Below are positions 38,425 through 49,078 of a DNA stretch of 64,000 bases, one piece after another. The notes beneath the pieces were generated by a model, which was not told the DNA's origin, did not search any database, and saw only the letters and a list, made by a program, of their open reading frames with translations. Origin of the DNA: Oceanispirochaeta sp. Lineage in GTDB: Bacteria > Spirochaetota > Spirochaetia > DSM-2461. Position 1 is the first letter of the stretch. The number at the start of each line of letters is the position of its first letter. The stretch lies in NCBI GenBank assembly GCA_963666275.2, contig CAXXOA010000001.1:1920001-1984000 (forward strand), in the 5' to 3' direction. A program made the translations under genes and the position numbers.

Positions 38425-39105
38425 TTGAATACTCACAATGAAACATCACTGACCAGGGCAGAAAAAATTGCCAATATACTGAAAAACAACAGCAAGAAAC
38501 TCATAGTAGCGGCCATAGCAGTAGTCGCGATTCTTGTCCTGATTGGCCTTTATGATTTTTATACCAAAGGACAGAAGGAAAAAGCACTTCTTCATGCGGA
38601 AACCATTGAAGAAACCTACAGCAAATGGATCAATTCTGCTGAAGCAGATAAAGAATCTGTTGCTGCAGAGCTGGAATCTGTACTGGAAGAAGGTGTTTCA
38701 GAGTTCAGCGGTTCCTATGCGGAACTGAGAGCCCTCTATACCAGAGGATTGTATCTTGCCCAGGCAGAAAACTGGGATGAATCCATCGAGGCATTTATTT
38801 CTGTTTCAGAAAAATTTTCTGACAGCTATCTTGCTCCTGTAGCACTTTTCAATGCAGCCTCCATAGCTGACCAGGCAGGAAACTCCGAACAGTCTCTGGG
38901 CCTCTATAAATCAGTATTGGACAAGTTCGGTTCTGTTTCAGCCGATATCCCTGAAACGCTTTTTAATATTGGCCGCTTGAATGAAGAAATGGGCAATGCA
39001 GAGGATGCCATAGCATCCTATCAGCGGATTCTTGATGATTATTCTTCCTCAAATTGGACGAATATTGCAAAAAGCCGTATAATTGCATTAAATACCAATA
39101 GTTAA
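38425..39105 (+). CDS. Membrane-anchored TPR protein (YfgM-like)
   Basis: Single N-terminal TM then TPRs; GAGGAG RBS before TTG. Confidence 0.7.
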   Translation: MNTHNETSLTRAEKIANILKNNSKKLIVAAIAVVAILVLIGLYDFYTKGQKEKALLHAETIEETYSKWINSAEADKESVAAELESVLEEGVSEFSGSYAELRALYTRGLYLAQAENWDESIEAFISVSEKFSDSYLAPVALFNAASIADQAGNSEQSLGLYKSVLDKFGSVSADIPETLFNIGRLNEEMGNAEDAIASYQRILDDYSSSNWTNIAKSRIIALNTNS

Positions 39106-39136
39106 TTCTTTTCATCCGAAGATCAAGGAGTGAGCA

Positions 39137-41542
39137 ATGGCAAAAGAAGACAGGAAACGGTCTAAGATCTGGAATATCAAATACTTCAGTCTTGTACTGG
39201 CTGTTTTATTCTTCTTTATTTTCCTGGGGCTCAATAAAACAACTTCCATTTTCGACCATATGGAATTGAAGCTCCTTGATCTGCATTTCAATTTAAAGAC
39301 TGTTTTTGAACAGTCAAGGATTCAGGAAGGGGTTACAATAGAAAAACGGAACCCCAATATATCTCCTGATATACTCATACTCGGTATTGATTTTAATAGT
39401 CTGAATGAATTTGGGCGATGGCCTTTTCCCCGGTACAGACATGCGAATCTTATGGATTCTTTCAGCAGGATTAAAAACCAGAGTGAAAGAGAATCCGCCC
39501 TGTTTATAGATATTTTCTTTATTGAACCGGACAACAATGCCTATGATGATGCCATTCTGACAGAAGCTATGAGCAATAACGGCCGGGTTTTTATAGAAAC
39601 AGTACTGAAACGGACCCCAATGAGTGAGTCAGATTCTGCTGAATATTTCGGTCGACAGGATGCTCTGTATGAGAATTTCGGCCAGATAACAAATATAGAA
39701 GGGGATACTTCACAGGTAACCGAATATTTCGGAGCCCAGTCACCTTTAAAACCATATGCCCGTGCAGCCTCTGGCTTCGGGCATGCCAATTTCTATGAAG
39801 ATTATGACAAAAGATATCGCCGGCAGCAGCTTATCGCCAAATCTTCGGTACTCGTCAGATCCCTGAATGCGGATGAACTTACCACAGACTATTCGATTGA
39901 TCCCGAATCATTCGAGCGTCTGGCCTGGCTTGATAGAGACGGAATCTCTCACACTCTTGAATATCCTCTGACAGAAAAGATACTGAAACAGCTCAAAGAA
40001 GATCTGGAAGAATCAGCTGTTCCCCGTGTGGAGGATTCCGACGGAGACGGTACGCCGGATAAAGAGTTTTATACTGTTAATCATTATCAGGATCACTTTG
40101 TTCCTGCCATAACCCTGTCCCTGGCGGCAAATTATTTCAATAAAAGTCTCTCGGACATTAAAGTGGTTCTCGGAGAATATATTCTTATTCCTGATATCCG
40201 GAAATTCAATACCGAAACGAGCCAGTGGGAGCCATACACAATTACCCGGGAATATCCCGAAACAGACGAAGAAGGAAATGTAATAAAAGAGGGAGTTTAT
40301 GAAACTGTCTCTGAGATAAAAATTCCTATCGATGAAAGAGGGCAGATGCTGATCAACTACATGGGGACACGGTCAAATCCCTCCCGTGGCGGTTATCAGA
40401 CCTATCCCATACGTTCCTACTCCGGCTATGCTTCCCGAGTCCCCGGCCTGGATCCCGATGGATGGCCGAGAACCAAGGCTGTGGGCAATAAGATTCTGAT
40501 GGTGGGAGCCTTTGCCCAGGGGATTGCTGATGATGAAAAGACGACACCTTTCGGGCTTATGTACGGTGTTGAAATACATGCCAATGCGCTGAATACAATC
40601 CTTATGGATAATTTCCTTCAGGAAATACCGGATATCTATAACATCCTGATTCTGTTTTTCTCGGTGCTGATAATTGCATTCATTACCTCAAGGATGGGGC
40701 CGGGATGGTCTCTGCTATTTACAGTTCTTCTCATTTTTGGTGAATTTATCACCATATCAATTCTGTTTGAATTCAAGAAATACATGATTGACTTTTCAAC
40801 TCCGGGTATAGCCATGTTTTTTACCTATATTACAGTGGTTCTTTACAGGATTATTGTTGAAGAGTCCGATAAGCGCCGAATTAAAGAAATGTTCGGAAAG
40901 TATGTCAGTCCTCTGGTTGTGGATCAGATGATGGACAAGCCCCCTGAATTAGGCGGTGTTGATAACGATACTACAATATTTTTCTCCGACATCCGGAGTT
41001 TCACAACCTTATCGGAAACGATGTCGCCGCAGGAGCTGGTTACATTGCTGAATGAATACCTGACAGCCATGACAGACTGTCTTATGGATTACAGAGGGAC
41101 TCTTGATAAATACATTGGAGACGCTATAATGGGCTTCTGGGGAGCTCCCATACCTCAGGAGGATCATGCACTTCTTGCCTGTAAATGTGCGCTGAAACAG
41201 ATGGAACTTCTGGATGATCTGAACAGCAAATGGCCTCAGGAAAAGCAGATTCATATCGGTATTGGATTAAATTCGGGTGTAACCACCGTTGGCAACATGG
41301 GTAGTGAAGGGCGTATGAACTATACTGTAATGGGTGACAATGTGAACCTGGCATCCCGTCTGGAAGGTATTAACAAACAGTATTACACAAGCATAGTCAT
41401 CAGTGAATCTACCTACGAAAAGGTAAAGGACAGAGGGGCTATTACAAGAGAACTGGATGATATCCGGGTAAAAGGTAAAAGAAAACCTGTTAGAATTTAT
41501 GAATTAATTGGATTTGAAGACGGACTTGAAGTACCGGAATAG
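39137..41542 (+). CDS. CHASE2-domain class III adenylate cyclase
   Basis: GRWPFPR and YGVEIHAN CHASE2 motifs, three TMs, FSDIRSFT, DKYIGDA, YTVMGDNVNLASRLE (Lys/Thr adenine-specifying residues). Confidence 0.93.
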   Translation: MAKEDRKRSKIWNIKYFSLVLAVLFFFIFLGLNKTTSIFDHMELKLLDLHFNLKTVFEQSRIQEGVTIEKRNPNISPDILILGIDFNSLNEFGRWPFPRYRHANLMDSFSRIKNQSERESALFIDIFFIEPDNNAYDDAILTEAMSNNGRVFIETVLKRTPMSESDSAEYFGRQDALYENFGQITNIEGDTSQVTEYFGAQSPLKPYARAASGFGHANFYEDYDKRYRRQQLIAKSSVLVRSLNADELTTDYSIDPESFERLAWLDRDGISHTLEYPLTEKILKQLKEDLEESAVPRVEDSDGDGTPDKEFYTVNHYQDHFVPAITLSLAANYFNKSLSDIKVVLGEYILIPDIRKFNTETSQWEPYTITREYPETDEEGNVIKEGVYETVSEIKIPIDERGQMLINYMGTRSNPSRGGYQTYPIRSYSGYASRVPGLDPDGWPRTKAVGNKILMVGAFAQGIADDEKTTPFGLMYGVEIHANALNTILMDNFLQEIPDIYNILILFFSVLIIAFITSRMGPGWSLLFTVLLIFGEFITISILFEFKKYMIDFSTPGIAMFFTYITVVLYRIIVEESDKRRIKEMFGKYVSPLVVDQMMDKPPELGGVDNDTTIFFSDIRSFTTLSETMSPQELVTLLNEYLTAMTDCLMDYRGTLDKYIGDAIMGFWGAPIPQEDHALLACKCALKQMELLDDLNSKWPQEKQIHIGIGLNSGVTTVGNMGSEGRMNYTVMGDNVNLASRLEGINKQYYTSIVISESTYEKVKDRGAITRELDDIRVKGKRKPVRIYELIGFEDGLEVPE

Positions 41543-42257
41543 TATTGTACTGCTGACATTAATAATTTTTACTCTTTCAGCTTCCTGCGGATTGCCTGTA
41601 TATGAAGTGTTGGATCCTCCTAGAAAGATAGGGTCATCTTTGAATCAGGTAGGGTTTGATACACCTGATGATGATCTTATTGACGGTTATATTATCTATT
41701 ATAAGATCTATTATTCCGGAGACACGAGTGTAGATGATGATGAAGCTCATTTCAGTCCTTCCTATTACGAAGACAGTTCATCTGAGATGGAATCCGGCAC
41801 GGATATTCCTGAGGATCTGGACTTCTTCCCATTGGGGATCATCGGTAAAACCAGTGTGACCTATCCGCATATACCGCTGCGGGGGGATGATCATGAGGTG
41901 TATTTTGATTTTACAAACGCACAGAATCAGAACGGAGATCCCATCCTTTCCATAGACGGAGTGAATTACAATCAGGACTTGGGAACGCCAGCGAGAGGTG
42001 TTTTCTACACGGATGATATCGGATCCGACAGCTATAATACATTCAAAAGTTTTATCAACAGCTTTTCTACAGACTCCGGTCAGATTGACTCAGATCTCAT
42101 TTCCATGCGTAGCTCAAACGGAGGAAGTCTTTCCAATATCAATGCTATTGAAATTGCTTTTGTTGCTATCAGTTATGGTATAAGTGAGTCAAATTTTGAA
42201 CAGATGATGAGTTTGCCTGTTTATCTTGGGTCTGTGACAATGAACGTGAATTTTTAA
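41508..42257 (+). CDS. Hypothetical lipoprotein
   Basis: Hydrophobic stretch and LSASC lipobox; acidic body. Confidence 0.6.
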   Translation: MDLKTDLKYRNSIVLLTLIIFTLSASCGLPVYEVLDPPRKIGSSLNQVGFDTPDDDLIDGYIIYYKIYYSGDTSVDDDEAHFSPSYYEDSSSEMESGTDIPEDLDFFPLGIIGKTSVTYPHIPLRGDDHEVYFDFTNAQNQNGDPILSIDGVNYNQDLGTPARGVFYTDDIGSDSYNTFKSFINSFSTDSGQIDSDLISMRSSNGGSLSNINAIEIAFVAISYGISESNFEQMMSLPVYLGSVTMNVNF

Positions 42258-42285
42258 CTTTTCATTAAAAAATTAAGGAAATACT

Positions 42286-42558
42286 ATGCTTGGAAGTTAT
42301 TCAATGAATTTTATATTGCTGTATATGATTTGCGGTTTTACATCCGCTTTTTTCTGTTTCTATATTCTTCGTTGGTATTTTATTGGACATACCATCGGAG
42401 CACTGGCTGTGGGCGTCATTGGTTCTTTTGCCGGTGCATTGATCGGTTCCATTTTTTTTCATGAAGGTATTTCAGTAATAAATGCGTCGATTGCTTTTAT
42501 TATTTCCTTTTTATCACTGTATTTATTTCATTCAGTCAGTAAGCACTATCCTGACTAA
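42286..42558 (+). CDS. Small membrane protein (GlsB/YeaQ/YmgE-like)
   Basis: Three TMs; VGVIGSFAGALIG glycine zipper. Confidence 0.6.
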   Translation: MLGSYSMNFILLYMICGFTSAFFCFYILRWYFIGHTIGALAVGVIGSFAGALIGSIFFHEGISVINASIAFIISFLSLYLFHSVSKHYPD

Positions 42559-42620
42559 AAGTCCATTTTGCTTCTGATAATATATATTCTGTCTACTTAA
42601 ATATCTATAAGGACTTATAA

Positions 42621-43400
42621 ATGGATTCTTTGAAAGAAAGCTTTGCCCAGCTCTATGAGGTTATAAAAAAATTACGTTCACCCGAAGGTTGCCCCTGGGA
42701 TCGTGAACAGACCCCTGAAACTCTTACAGGGGATTTTATTGAAGAAGTATATGAAGCGATTGATGCGATTCATGAGAATGACGATGACCATCTTAAAGAG
42801 GAACTGGGAGATGTCTTTCTTCTTGTTACCATGCTTGCCTATATCAAAGAACAGGAGAATAAATTTACTGTTTCACAGGTTCTGGACGGGATTTCAGAGA
42901 AGCTCATCCGCAGACACCCTCATGTTTTTGGAGATGCTCAGGCAGATGACAGTGAACAGGTTATTAAACAATGGGACCAGATTAAAGTTGAAGTTGAAGG
43001 GAGAAAGCCCAAAAAAAATCTGATGGATAAAATATCCAAAGGACTCCCCCCTCTGGAACGCTCCTACAAAATCCAGAAGAAAGCGGCAAAGGCCGGGTTT
43101 GACTGGCCAGATGTAGAATGCGTCTGGGATAAAGTGCATGAAGAAATAAATGAAGTTCGAGAGGTTCATCCTGAAAATAGAGCTCATCTGATTGAGGAGA
43201 TCGGTGATCTTCTCTTTTCTGTCGTCAATATAGCCAGATACCACAATGTAGATCCGGCGGAGGCGCTTCATCTCTGCAATGCAAAATTTATCAACAGATT
43301 CAATCATGTCGAATCAGAGATGAAGAAACAGGACCTCCCTATGGATAAGGAACATTTTGAAATTATGGATCAGCTCTGGGAAGAATCCAAATCCAGATAA
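42621..43400 (+). CDS. mazG: Nucleoside triphosphate pyrophosphohydrolase
   Basis: GCPWDREQT, EELGD, KLIRRHPHVF, GFDW, EIGDLLF. Confidence 0.96.
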   Translation: MDSLKESFAQLYEVIKKLRSPEGCPWDREQTPETLTGDFIEEVYEAIDAIHENDDDHLKEELGDVFLLVTMLAYIKEQENKFTVSQVLDGISEKLIRRHPHVFGDAQADDSEQVIKQWDQIKVEVEGRKPKKNLMDKISKGLPPLERSYKIQKKAAKAGFDWPDVECVWDKVHEEINEVREVHPENRAHLIEEIGDLLFSVVNIARYHNVDPAEALHLCNAKFINRFNHVESEMKKQDLPMDKEHFEIMDQLWEESKSR

Positions 43401-45880
43401 TCAATAAAATTCTTTTTCCCATCCGAAGCCAGAAGCCGGACTCTTGTCACATCAAACAAACTATGAATATCTTCCTGAAAGACTTCTTTCAGGAATTTCA
43501 TGATATTATTCATCTTTTTGTTACGGAAAAGAGCTTTAGCATTAAGAGTTGTTCCCTCTGCATTAAAACTGTAATCCTCTTTCACATCCAGTTCTCCTGC
43601 TTTTTCTTCCAGCAGACCCGCAAGATCGGGATAGGACATTTTTAAAGCGGAAGTTTCCGTAAAAGTCAGGTTGTACTCAGATCCCGCATAAATTGACATG
43701 AGAGTCTTTTTCTTTTTGTGTTTATCCTGCTGAAGAGGAAATATTTTGATTTTTTCCACTTCAAATCCTTCAGGGAGATTTCTGTTCAGTTCAGAGATCA
43801 GTCCTGAGCTTTCCTGAGGAGGGACACATGTCAATTCTAGTCCCAGGATCTCCGCATTTCCAGTGATTCCCACAGATAAGGGATGGGCAAATTCCATTTT
43901 GGGCTTGGGATTAAATCCTTCAGTATATTTCAAAGGAATGGCTGCACACTGTAAAGCCCTTTCAAAAATATGGACTGTATCCAGATGCCCCAGAAAGATT
44001 CCTTTACCCGACTTTCTGAATGCGATGACGGCTTTCATCAGATCCTGTTTGTCACTGCTTTCAACGGGCAATTTTTCAGGTTCATCTTCTGAATGTGAAA
44101 AGTCAAAGACTTCCGGATACTTCACATCAAATTTACCGCCGCACACGCCGCAGGGACTTTCGCAGTCCTGATCACAGCTGACAGATCGTTCAGAAGCATC
44201 AGATTTCTCCTGTTCTTTCTTCAGATAGGCACTGCTGCCCCTAAGAGATATATCATCCCAGGGAAGAGACTCTTTCCTGTCCCGTTCCCGGCATGTTTCC
44301 TCTTCCACATTCCAGGAAGCTTCCTCGACTACCTTTTTCCAGATATTCCTGTCGTGATATTCATCCCAGGCATCAAATCGTGCGCCATACCGGTAGGCTT
44401 TTTCAAGCAGCTCCCCTGCTCTTTCATCACCCCGGCTTAGAATTCCTTCGATAAAAGAAGAATAGGGAGAATGGAATCCCACTTTAAAATTCCTGCCTCT
44501 CAAGCCGTCTTTGATGATTCTGATCTGCTGCATTCCTTCTTCATCATTGAACTGTTTCACCCGTTCATAAGGAGTATGGGGTTTGGGAATAAACACTCCC
44601 ACATTGACATTCATTTTTATACCGGTTTCCTGCTGAACTTCCTGAAGAAAATCGGAAATGGCTTCCCCTTCAGATTTTTCTCCGGTCTGTACAGGAAGAC
44701 CGACCATGAAGTAGAACTTTGCCAGCTTCCATCCTTTGCTCCTGGCCTCATTGAGCAGGGAAATGATTTTCGCCCGGGAAACATCTTTATTGATGGCAGC
44801 CTGTCCGGCTTCATCAGGGGTTTCCACAGCAAAAGTTAAACCGCTTTTTCTGACAGCGGAAATTTCTTTCAGAAGGTTGAGATTCAGGGAATTGACTCTG
44901 AGTGAAGGAAGCTGAAAAGAAATATGCCTCTCTCGATACTGTCTGTTAAGAGTTTCCACCAATGGTAGAAGACCGGCATAATCACCGGATGAGAGAGAAG
45001 AGAGTGTAATATTTCTGAAACCGCAATTTTCAACGAGATGTTTGACTTCATTGAGAACCACCGGCACATTTTTCTGCCTGAAAGGCCTGTAAAAGTAACC
45101 TGCGTGGCAGAAACGGCATCCGTTGGGACATCCCCGCATTATCTCCACAACACCATGATCCTGGACCGTTGTAAGTGATGCCAGAGGCATGTTGCTGTTG
45201 ATTTCTGATGTTATTCCGAAATCTCCGTAAATCGATCTGATTGTCTTTTCTTTTTTACCGGGATACCAGTAGGCGGGATCCTCTTTCAGAACAGACAGGA
45301 GAGCATCTCTTCCCCCGCCTTTTTTTCTGACTTCAACAAGTTTACGCCCGTAGTTTTCTATAAAGGGCTCCCCTTCTCCGATATATACCGCATCTATGAA
45401 AGAAGAAAAAGCGGCGGGATTGGTGGCTGCCGGACCTCCTGCAATGATCAGAGGATGGTCATTACTTCGGTCTTCTCTATGCAGAGGGATATGCCCTGAT
45501 TCCAGGATAGTAAGCATATTGGTCAGAGTCAGTTCATAGCCTATGGAAAAAGCCAGAATATCCAGTTCACAGAGAGGGATCCCGGATTCTAGAGTAAAAA
45601 GGGGAAGATTTCTATTTTTAAGAACATCTTCAAAATCCATGAAAGGAGCAAAAACTCTCTCACACTGGATCCCGGGAATCTGATTAAATCTATTGTAAAG
45701 GATTCTGACAGCCTGATTCGACATTCCGATTTCATACATATCAGGGAAGGAGATGCCGACTTTCAGAATTTCATCTTTCTCATATGTATAGGAACCGATC
45801 TCCCCTCCGGTATACCGGGCAGGTTTAGCAACCTGGAGCAGTTCTTTTTTAAGGTCTTTGCATACGTTAATTTTTGACAT
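43370..45880 (-). CDS. B12-binding-like radical SAM protein (TIGR03960-like) fused to radical SAM-linked DUF2344 domain (TIGR03936-like)
   Basis: KPARYTGGE, FPDMYEIGMSN, RGCPNGCRFC, FIPKPHTP, GARFDAW; C-terminal GHLD...GFNPKPK. Confidence 0.88.
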   Translation of the reverse strand: MSKINVCKDLKKELLQVAKPARYTGGEIGSYTYEKDEILKVGISFPDMYEIGMSNQAVRILYNRFNQIPGIQCERVFAPFMDFEDVLKNRNLPLFTLESGIPLCELDILAFSIGYELTLTNMLTILESGHIPLHREDRSNDHPLIIAGGPAATNPAAFSSFIDAVYIGEGEPFIENYGRKLVEVRKKGGGRDALLSVLKEDPAYWYPGKKEKTIRSIYGDFGITSEINSNMPLASLTTVQDHGVVEIMRGCPNGCRFCHAGYFYRPFRQKNVPVVLNEVKHLVENCGFRNITLSSLSSGDYAGLLPLVETLNRQYRERHISFQLPSLRVNSLNLNLLKEISAVRKSGLTFAVETPDEAGQAAINKDVSRAKIISLLNEARSKGWKLAKFYFMVGLPVQTGEKSEGEAISDFLQEVQQETGIKMNVNVGVFIPKPHTPYERVKQFNDEEGMQQIRIIKDGLRGRNFKVGFHSPYSSFIEGILSRGDERAGELLEKAYRYGARFDAWDEYHDRNIWKKVVEEASWNVEEETCRERDRKESLPWDDISLRGSSAYLKKEQEKSDASERSVSCDQDCESPCGVCGGKFDVKYPEVFDFSHSEDEPEKLPVESSDKQDLMKAVIAFRKSGKGIFLGHLDTVHIFERALQCAAIPLKYTEGFNPKPKMEFAHPLSVGITGNAEILGLELTCVPPQESSGLISELNRNLPEGFEVEKIKIFPLQQDKHKKKKTLMSIYAGSEYNLTFTETSALKMSYPDLAGLLEEKAGELDVKEDYSFNAEGTTLNAKALFRNKKMNNIMKFLKEVFQEDIHSLFDVTRVRLLASDGKKNFIDYLDLDSSQS

Positions 45881-47209
45881 TTAATTTGTATTTTTGTATC
45901 GCCTGTGGTAAACGCTGAGCATCATTCCGATTCCCATTAAAGCTGTCCACAGAGACGATCCTCCATAGGATAAAAATAGTAAAGGTATACCGGTTATGGG
46001 CATTATTCCAATAGCCATCCCGATATTAATCATGAAGTGAAAGAATATCATACCTGACATTCCCGCAGCAATGAGGGAACCGAAGAGATCCCGTGATTTC
46101 AGAATAACATTCATGGATCTCCAGAATATGACAAGGAAAAGAAGAATGATAGCCAGATTTCCAAGGAAACCGATCTCTTCAGAAATAATAGAAAAAATAA
46201 AGTCCGTGCTCTGTTCCGGCAGGTATCTGTAATGGGATTGTGTTCCCTGGAGGAATCCTTTGCCGAAAACACCGCCTGATCCTACAGCTGTAACGGACTG
46301 AATGATATTCCAGCCCGCTCCTTTCGGATCAACCTGGGGATCAAGGAATACAATCAGCCTCATAACCTGATAATCTTTGAGAACCATCCTGGCAACAAAT
46401 GACATGACATAGGAAATACCCATGATTGTGAATGAGTAGAAAACCAGATAAAAATAGAATTTTCTTGTTATCAGATACCCCCAGATACCCAGTCCGATAA
46501 TAACAAGAAATCCCAGGGAGATAATTTTCATCAAACTGGTATCTGAAAAAAGAATCATACTGTTTATCTTATTTTGTGATATAAAAATAGCCCAGTAAGG
46601 CAAAACAGAAAAAACGATAGTAAGGACTCCCGTGAGCAGAATAAACAGGATATACCGCTTCCTGGCGCCCGCAATATAGGCCATCACAAGATAAACAGGA
46701 ATAAACACCATGGCGGTCCCAAGATCCGGCTGAAGCAGGATGAGCCCCATGGGAATAAGCGCAATAATGAGGGCTGTCATAAAAACCCAGATGCTTTCTA
46801 TTCTGTTCCGATTATTGCTCATATAGGAGCTGAGGAAGAGAATCGTCGTAACTTTTGATATTTCCGACGGCTGAATTCCCAGAGATCCTATTCCGAACCA
46901 GGATCGGGATCCATTGACAACCTGACCGAAAAGGAAAGTCATTATCAGCATAATGAGTGTAATGAGGTAAATCGGCAGGGAAAGAGCCCGGAGACGCTTA
47001 TAGTCCATAAAGGCAAATACAAGCATTATGACTGTACCGGAACAGACCCAGATGATCTGTTTGATATACTCATTGCTTACAATAATGCCATTGGAGTTCA
47101 CACCACTGGAATAGATAAAAAAGATTCCTATCACCATAAGGAATTCCACAGCCAGGAATATAAAGAAATCAAAGCCGAAAATAGAAGGAGTATTCAGTTT
47201 AATCTTCAT
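45881..47209 (-). CDS. rodA: Rod shape-determining SEDS glycosyltransferase
   Basis: GIQPSE, QPDLGTA, LPEQSTDFIF, PITGIPLLFLSYGGSS; start moved to 47209 after GGAGGA. Confidence 0.96.
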   Translation of the reverse strand: MKIKLNTPSIFGFDFFIFLAVEFLMVIGIFFIYSSGVNSNGIIVSNEYIKQIIWVCSGTVIMLVFAFMDYKRLRALSLPIYLITLIMLIMTFLFGQVVNGSRSWFGIGSLGIQPSEISKVTTILFLSSYMSNNRNRIESIWVFMTALIIALIPMGLILLQPDLGTAMVFIPVYLVMAYIAGARKRYILFILLTGVLTIVFSVLPYWAIFISQNKINSMILFSDTSLMKIISLGFLVIIGLGIWGYLITRKFYFYLVFYSFTIMGISYVMSFVARMVLKDYQVMRLIVFLDPQVDPKGAGWNIIQSVTAVGSGGVFGKGFLQGTQSHYRYLPEQSTDFIFSIISEEIGFLGNLAIILLFLVIFWRSMNVILKSRDLFGSLIAAGMSGMIFFHFMINIGMAIGIMPITGIPLLFLSYGGSSLWTALMGIGMMLSVYHRRYKNTN

Positions 47210-49076
47210 GATTTTCCTCCTCCAGAGGGATATCCCAGGCATACCATACCCTTCGATCCTTCATATCTTTTATGACTTCTTCGTATGTCATATTCCCGTA
47301 AATACCCTCGTAGATAATATCCGCAGCCTTGGGCGCCCACCAGTCCCAGTCATTGGAGGCTTCCACCATGGTGACAACAACATATTTATCGCCCTGATTA
47401 TCCTCAGTCCATGGGCCGTAGGAAGCAAACCAGGAGTGCCAGTGCTCATCGCTGCCGACCTCCCCTGTTCCGGTTTTTCCCGCGATCTGGACCTGATCAT
47501 TCAAAATAACCACATTGGCAGTTCCTTCTGTAATAACGGAACGGAGATTCGTCCTGAGAGTGGCGAAATTTTCCTTATCCATATTTATGGTTCTCAGAAC
47601 TTCGGGAGTGATATTCTCTACCACGCTGCTGTTGGTGGGATTGATAACGGATTTAAGGATATGAGGTTTGTAAATCTCCCCATCATTGATGATCCCTGCA
47701 ATCATATTCGCCATCTGTAATGGGGTGACAGTAACAAATCCCTGACCGATCGAGGCGTTGAGTGTATCCCCTCCGGTCCAGTGACTGTTGTAAGTCTGCA
47801 TTTTCCATGCCGGGGAAGGTACATTCCCGGGAACTTCTCCCTGAAGATCAATATTGCTCAGGCTGCCGAAACCGAATGCCCGGGCATACTCCGCTATCGT
47901 TTCGATTCCCAGAGCTTCAACACCGACCGTACCGAAATAGATATTACAGGATTCCGCCAGGGCTTCCTGCAGATTCAGCTTACCGTGTCCTGTTTTTTTA
48001 TGACAGTAGAAAGTCCTGTTCCCCAGTTCCATGCTGCCTGTGCAGTTGACAACATAATTGGGATCAACGGCATGTTCCTGAAGAATTGCTGCGGTCAAAA
48101 GGATTTTAAATGTAGAAGCCGGGGCGTAGGATGACTGTATGGCTCTGTTGAGAAAGGGAAAGTCAGGATTCAGAGAGAGTGTACCGAAATTCTGGGATCC
48201 CGGCATATTGAACATATTAGGATTGAACCCCGGATAGGAGACAAGTGCCGCGATCTCTCCATTTGCCGGATTTAAAACGACAACAGATCCCTTTCTGGGT
48301 CCCAGAGCTTTTTCAGCCAGGTCCTGTATATGCCTGTCAATGGTAAGGACCAGATCATAGCCGTTCTTCGGCGGCTGTATATTTTCATCTCCAGAAAGGC
48401 GTCTTCCCCGGGCATCAACAGTATTGAAGATTCTTCCGTTTTCCCCTCTCAGGATATGATCATACTGCTTTTCAATCCCGTTTTTACCCAGAACCGCACC
48501 TGATGAGTAGCCCTGATTATAGAGGATCTGAAGTTCTTCATTTGTGATATTGCCTACATAGCCCAGGATATGGGAGATAGAACCTGTGTAATTATAAAAC
48601 CTGTTAGGTTTGCTGCTCCAGGAGATTCCTTTAAAATGATCGATATTCTCTGCGATGCGGACAACTTTCTCATAGGAAACACCATCCGCAATTTCCACAG
48701 GGATATAGGAGGAGACTGAATTCCCCGGAAATCTGTTCAGGAGATCCTCTTCACTCATTTCCAGAATCCCTGCCAGGCGGCTGATCATGAGATCCCAGTT
48801 TTCAGGCTGTCCGTCTGCGGAGGTATAATTGATGGCAAAAGAGTCAATATTCATTGCAAGAGGAACATCCTGATAGCGGTCATAGATCCGACCCCTCTGT
48901 GCAGGTATGATCTTAGAACGCTGAGAAACCTCCCGGGCCCTCCGCTCGTAGATCAGATTATCCACTATCTGCATATTAAAGAGTTGATAAATATAGATAA
49001 GTACAATGACAAGAAAGATTCCGCCCAGAAAATACACTCTATGTGCATTCACTTTGGAATGACCGGGAACAGACAT
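47199..49076 (-). CDS. mrdA: Penicillin-binding protein 2
   Basis: PAQRGRIYDR, STFK (SxxK), SCN (SxN), KTGT. Confidence 0.96.
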   Translation of the reverse strand: MSVPGHSKVNAHRVYFLGGIFLVIVLIYIYQLFNMQIVDNLIYERRAREVSQRSKIIPAQRGRIYDRYQDVPLAMNIDSFAINYTSADGQPENWDLMISRLAGILEMSEEDLLNRFPGNSVSSYIPVEIADGVSYEKVVRIAENIDHFKGISWSSKPNRFYNYTGSISHILGYVGNITNEELQILYNQGYSSGAVLGKNGIEKQYDHILRGENGRIFNTVDARGRRLSGDENIQPPKNGYDLVLTIDRHIQDLAEKALGPRKGSVVVLNPANGEIAALVSYPGFNPNMFNMPGSQNFGTLSLNPDFPFLNRAIQSSYAPASTFKILLTAAILQEHAVDPNYVVNCTGSMELGNRTFYCHKKTGHGKLNLQEALAESCNIYFGTVGVEALGIETIAEYARAFGFGSLSNIDLQGEVPGNVPSPAWKMQTYNSHWTGGDTLNASIGQGFVTVTPLQMANMIAGIINDGEIYKPHILKSVINPTNSSVVENITPEVLRTINMDKENFATLRTNLRSVITEGTANVVILNDQVQIAGKTGTGEVGSDEHWHSWFASYGPWTEDNQGDKYVVVTMVEASNDWDWWAPKAADIIYEGIYGNMTYEEVIKDMKDRRVWYAWDIPLEEENHED

Positions 49077-49078
49077 AC

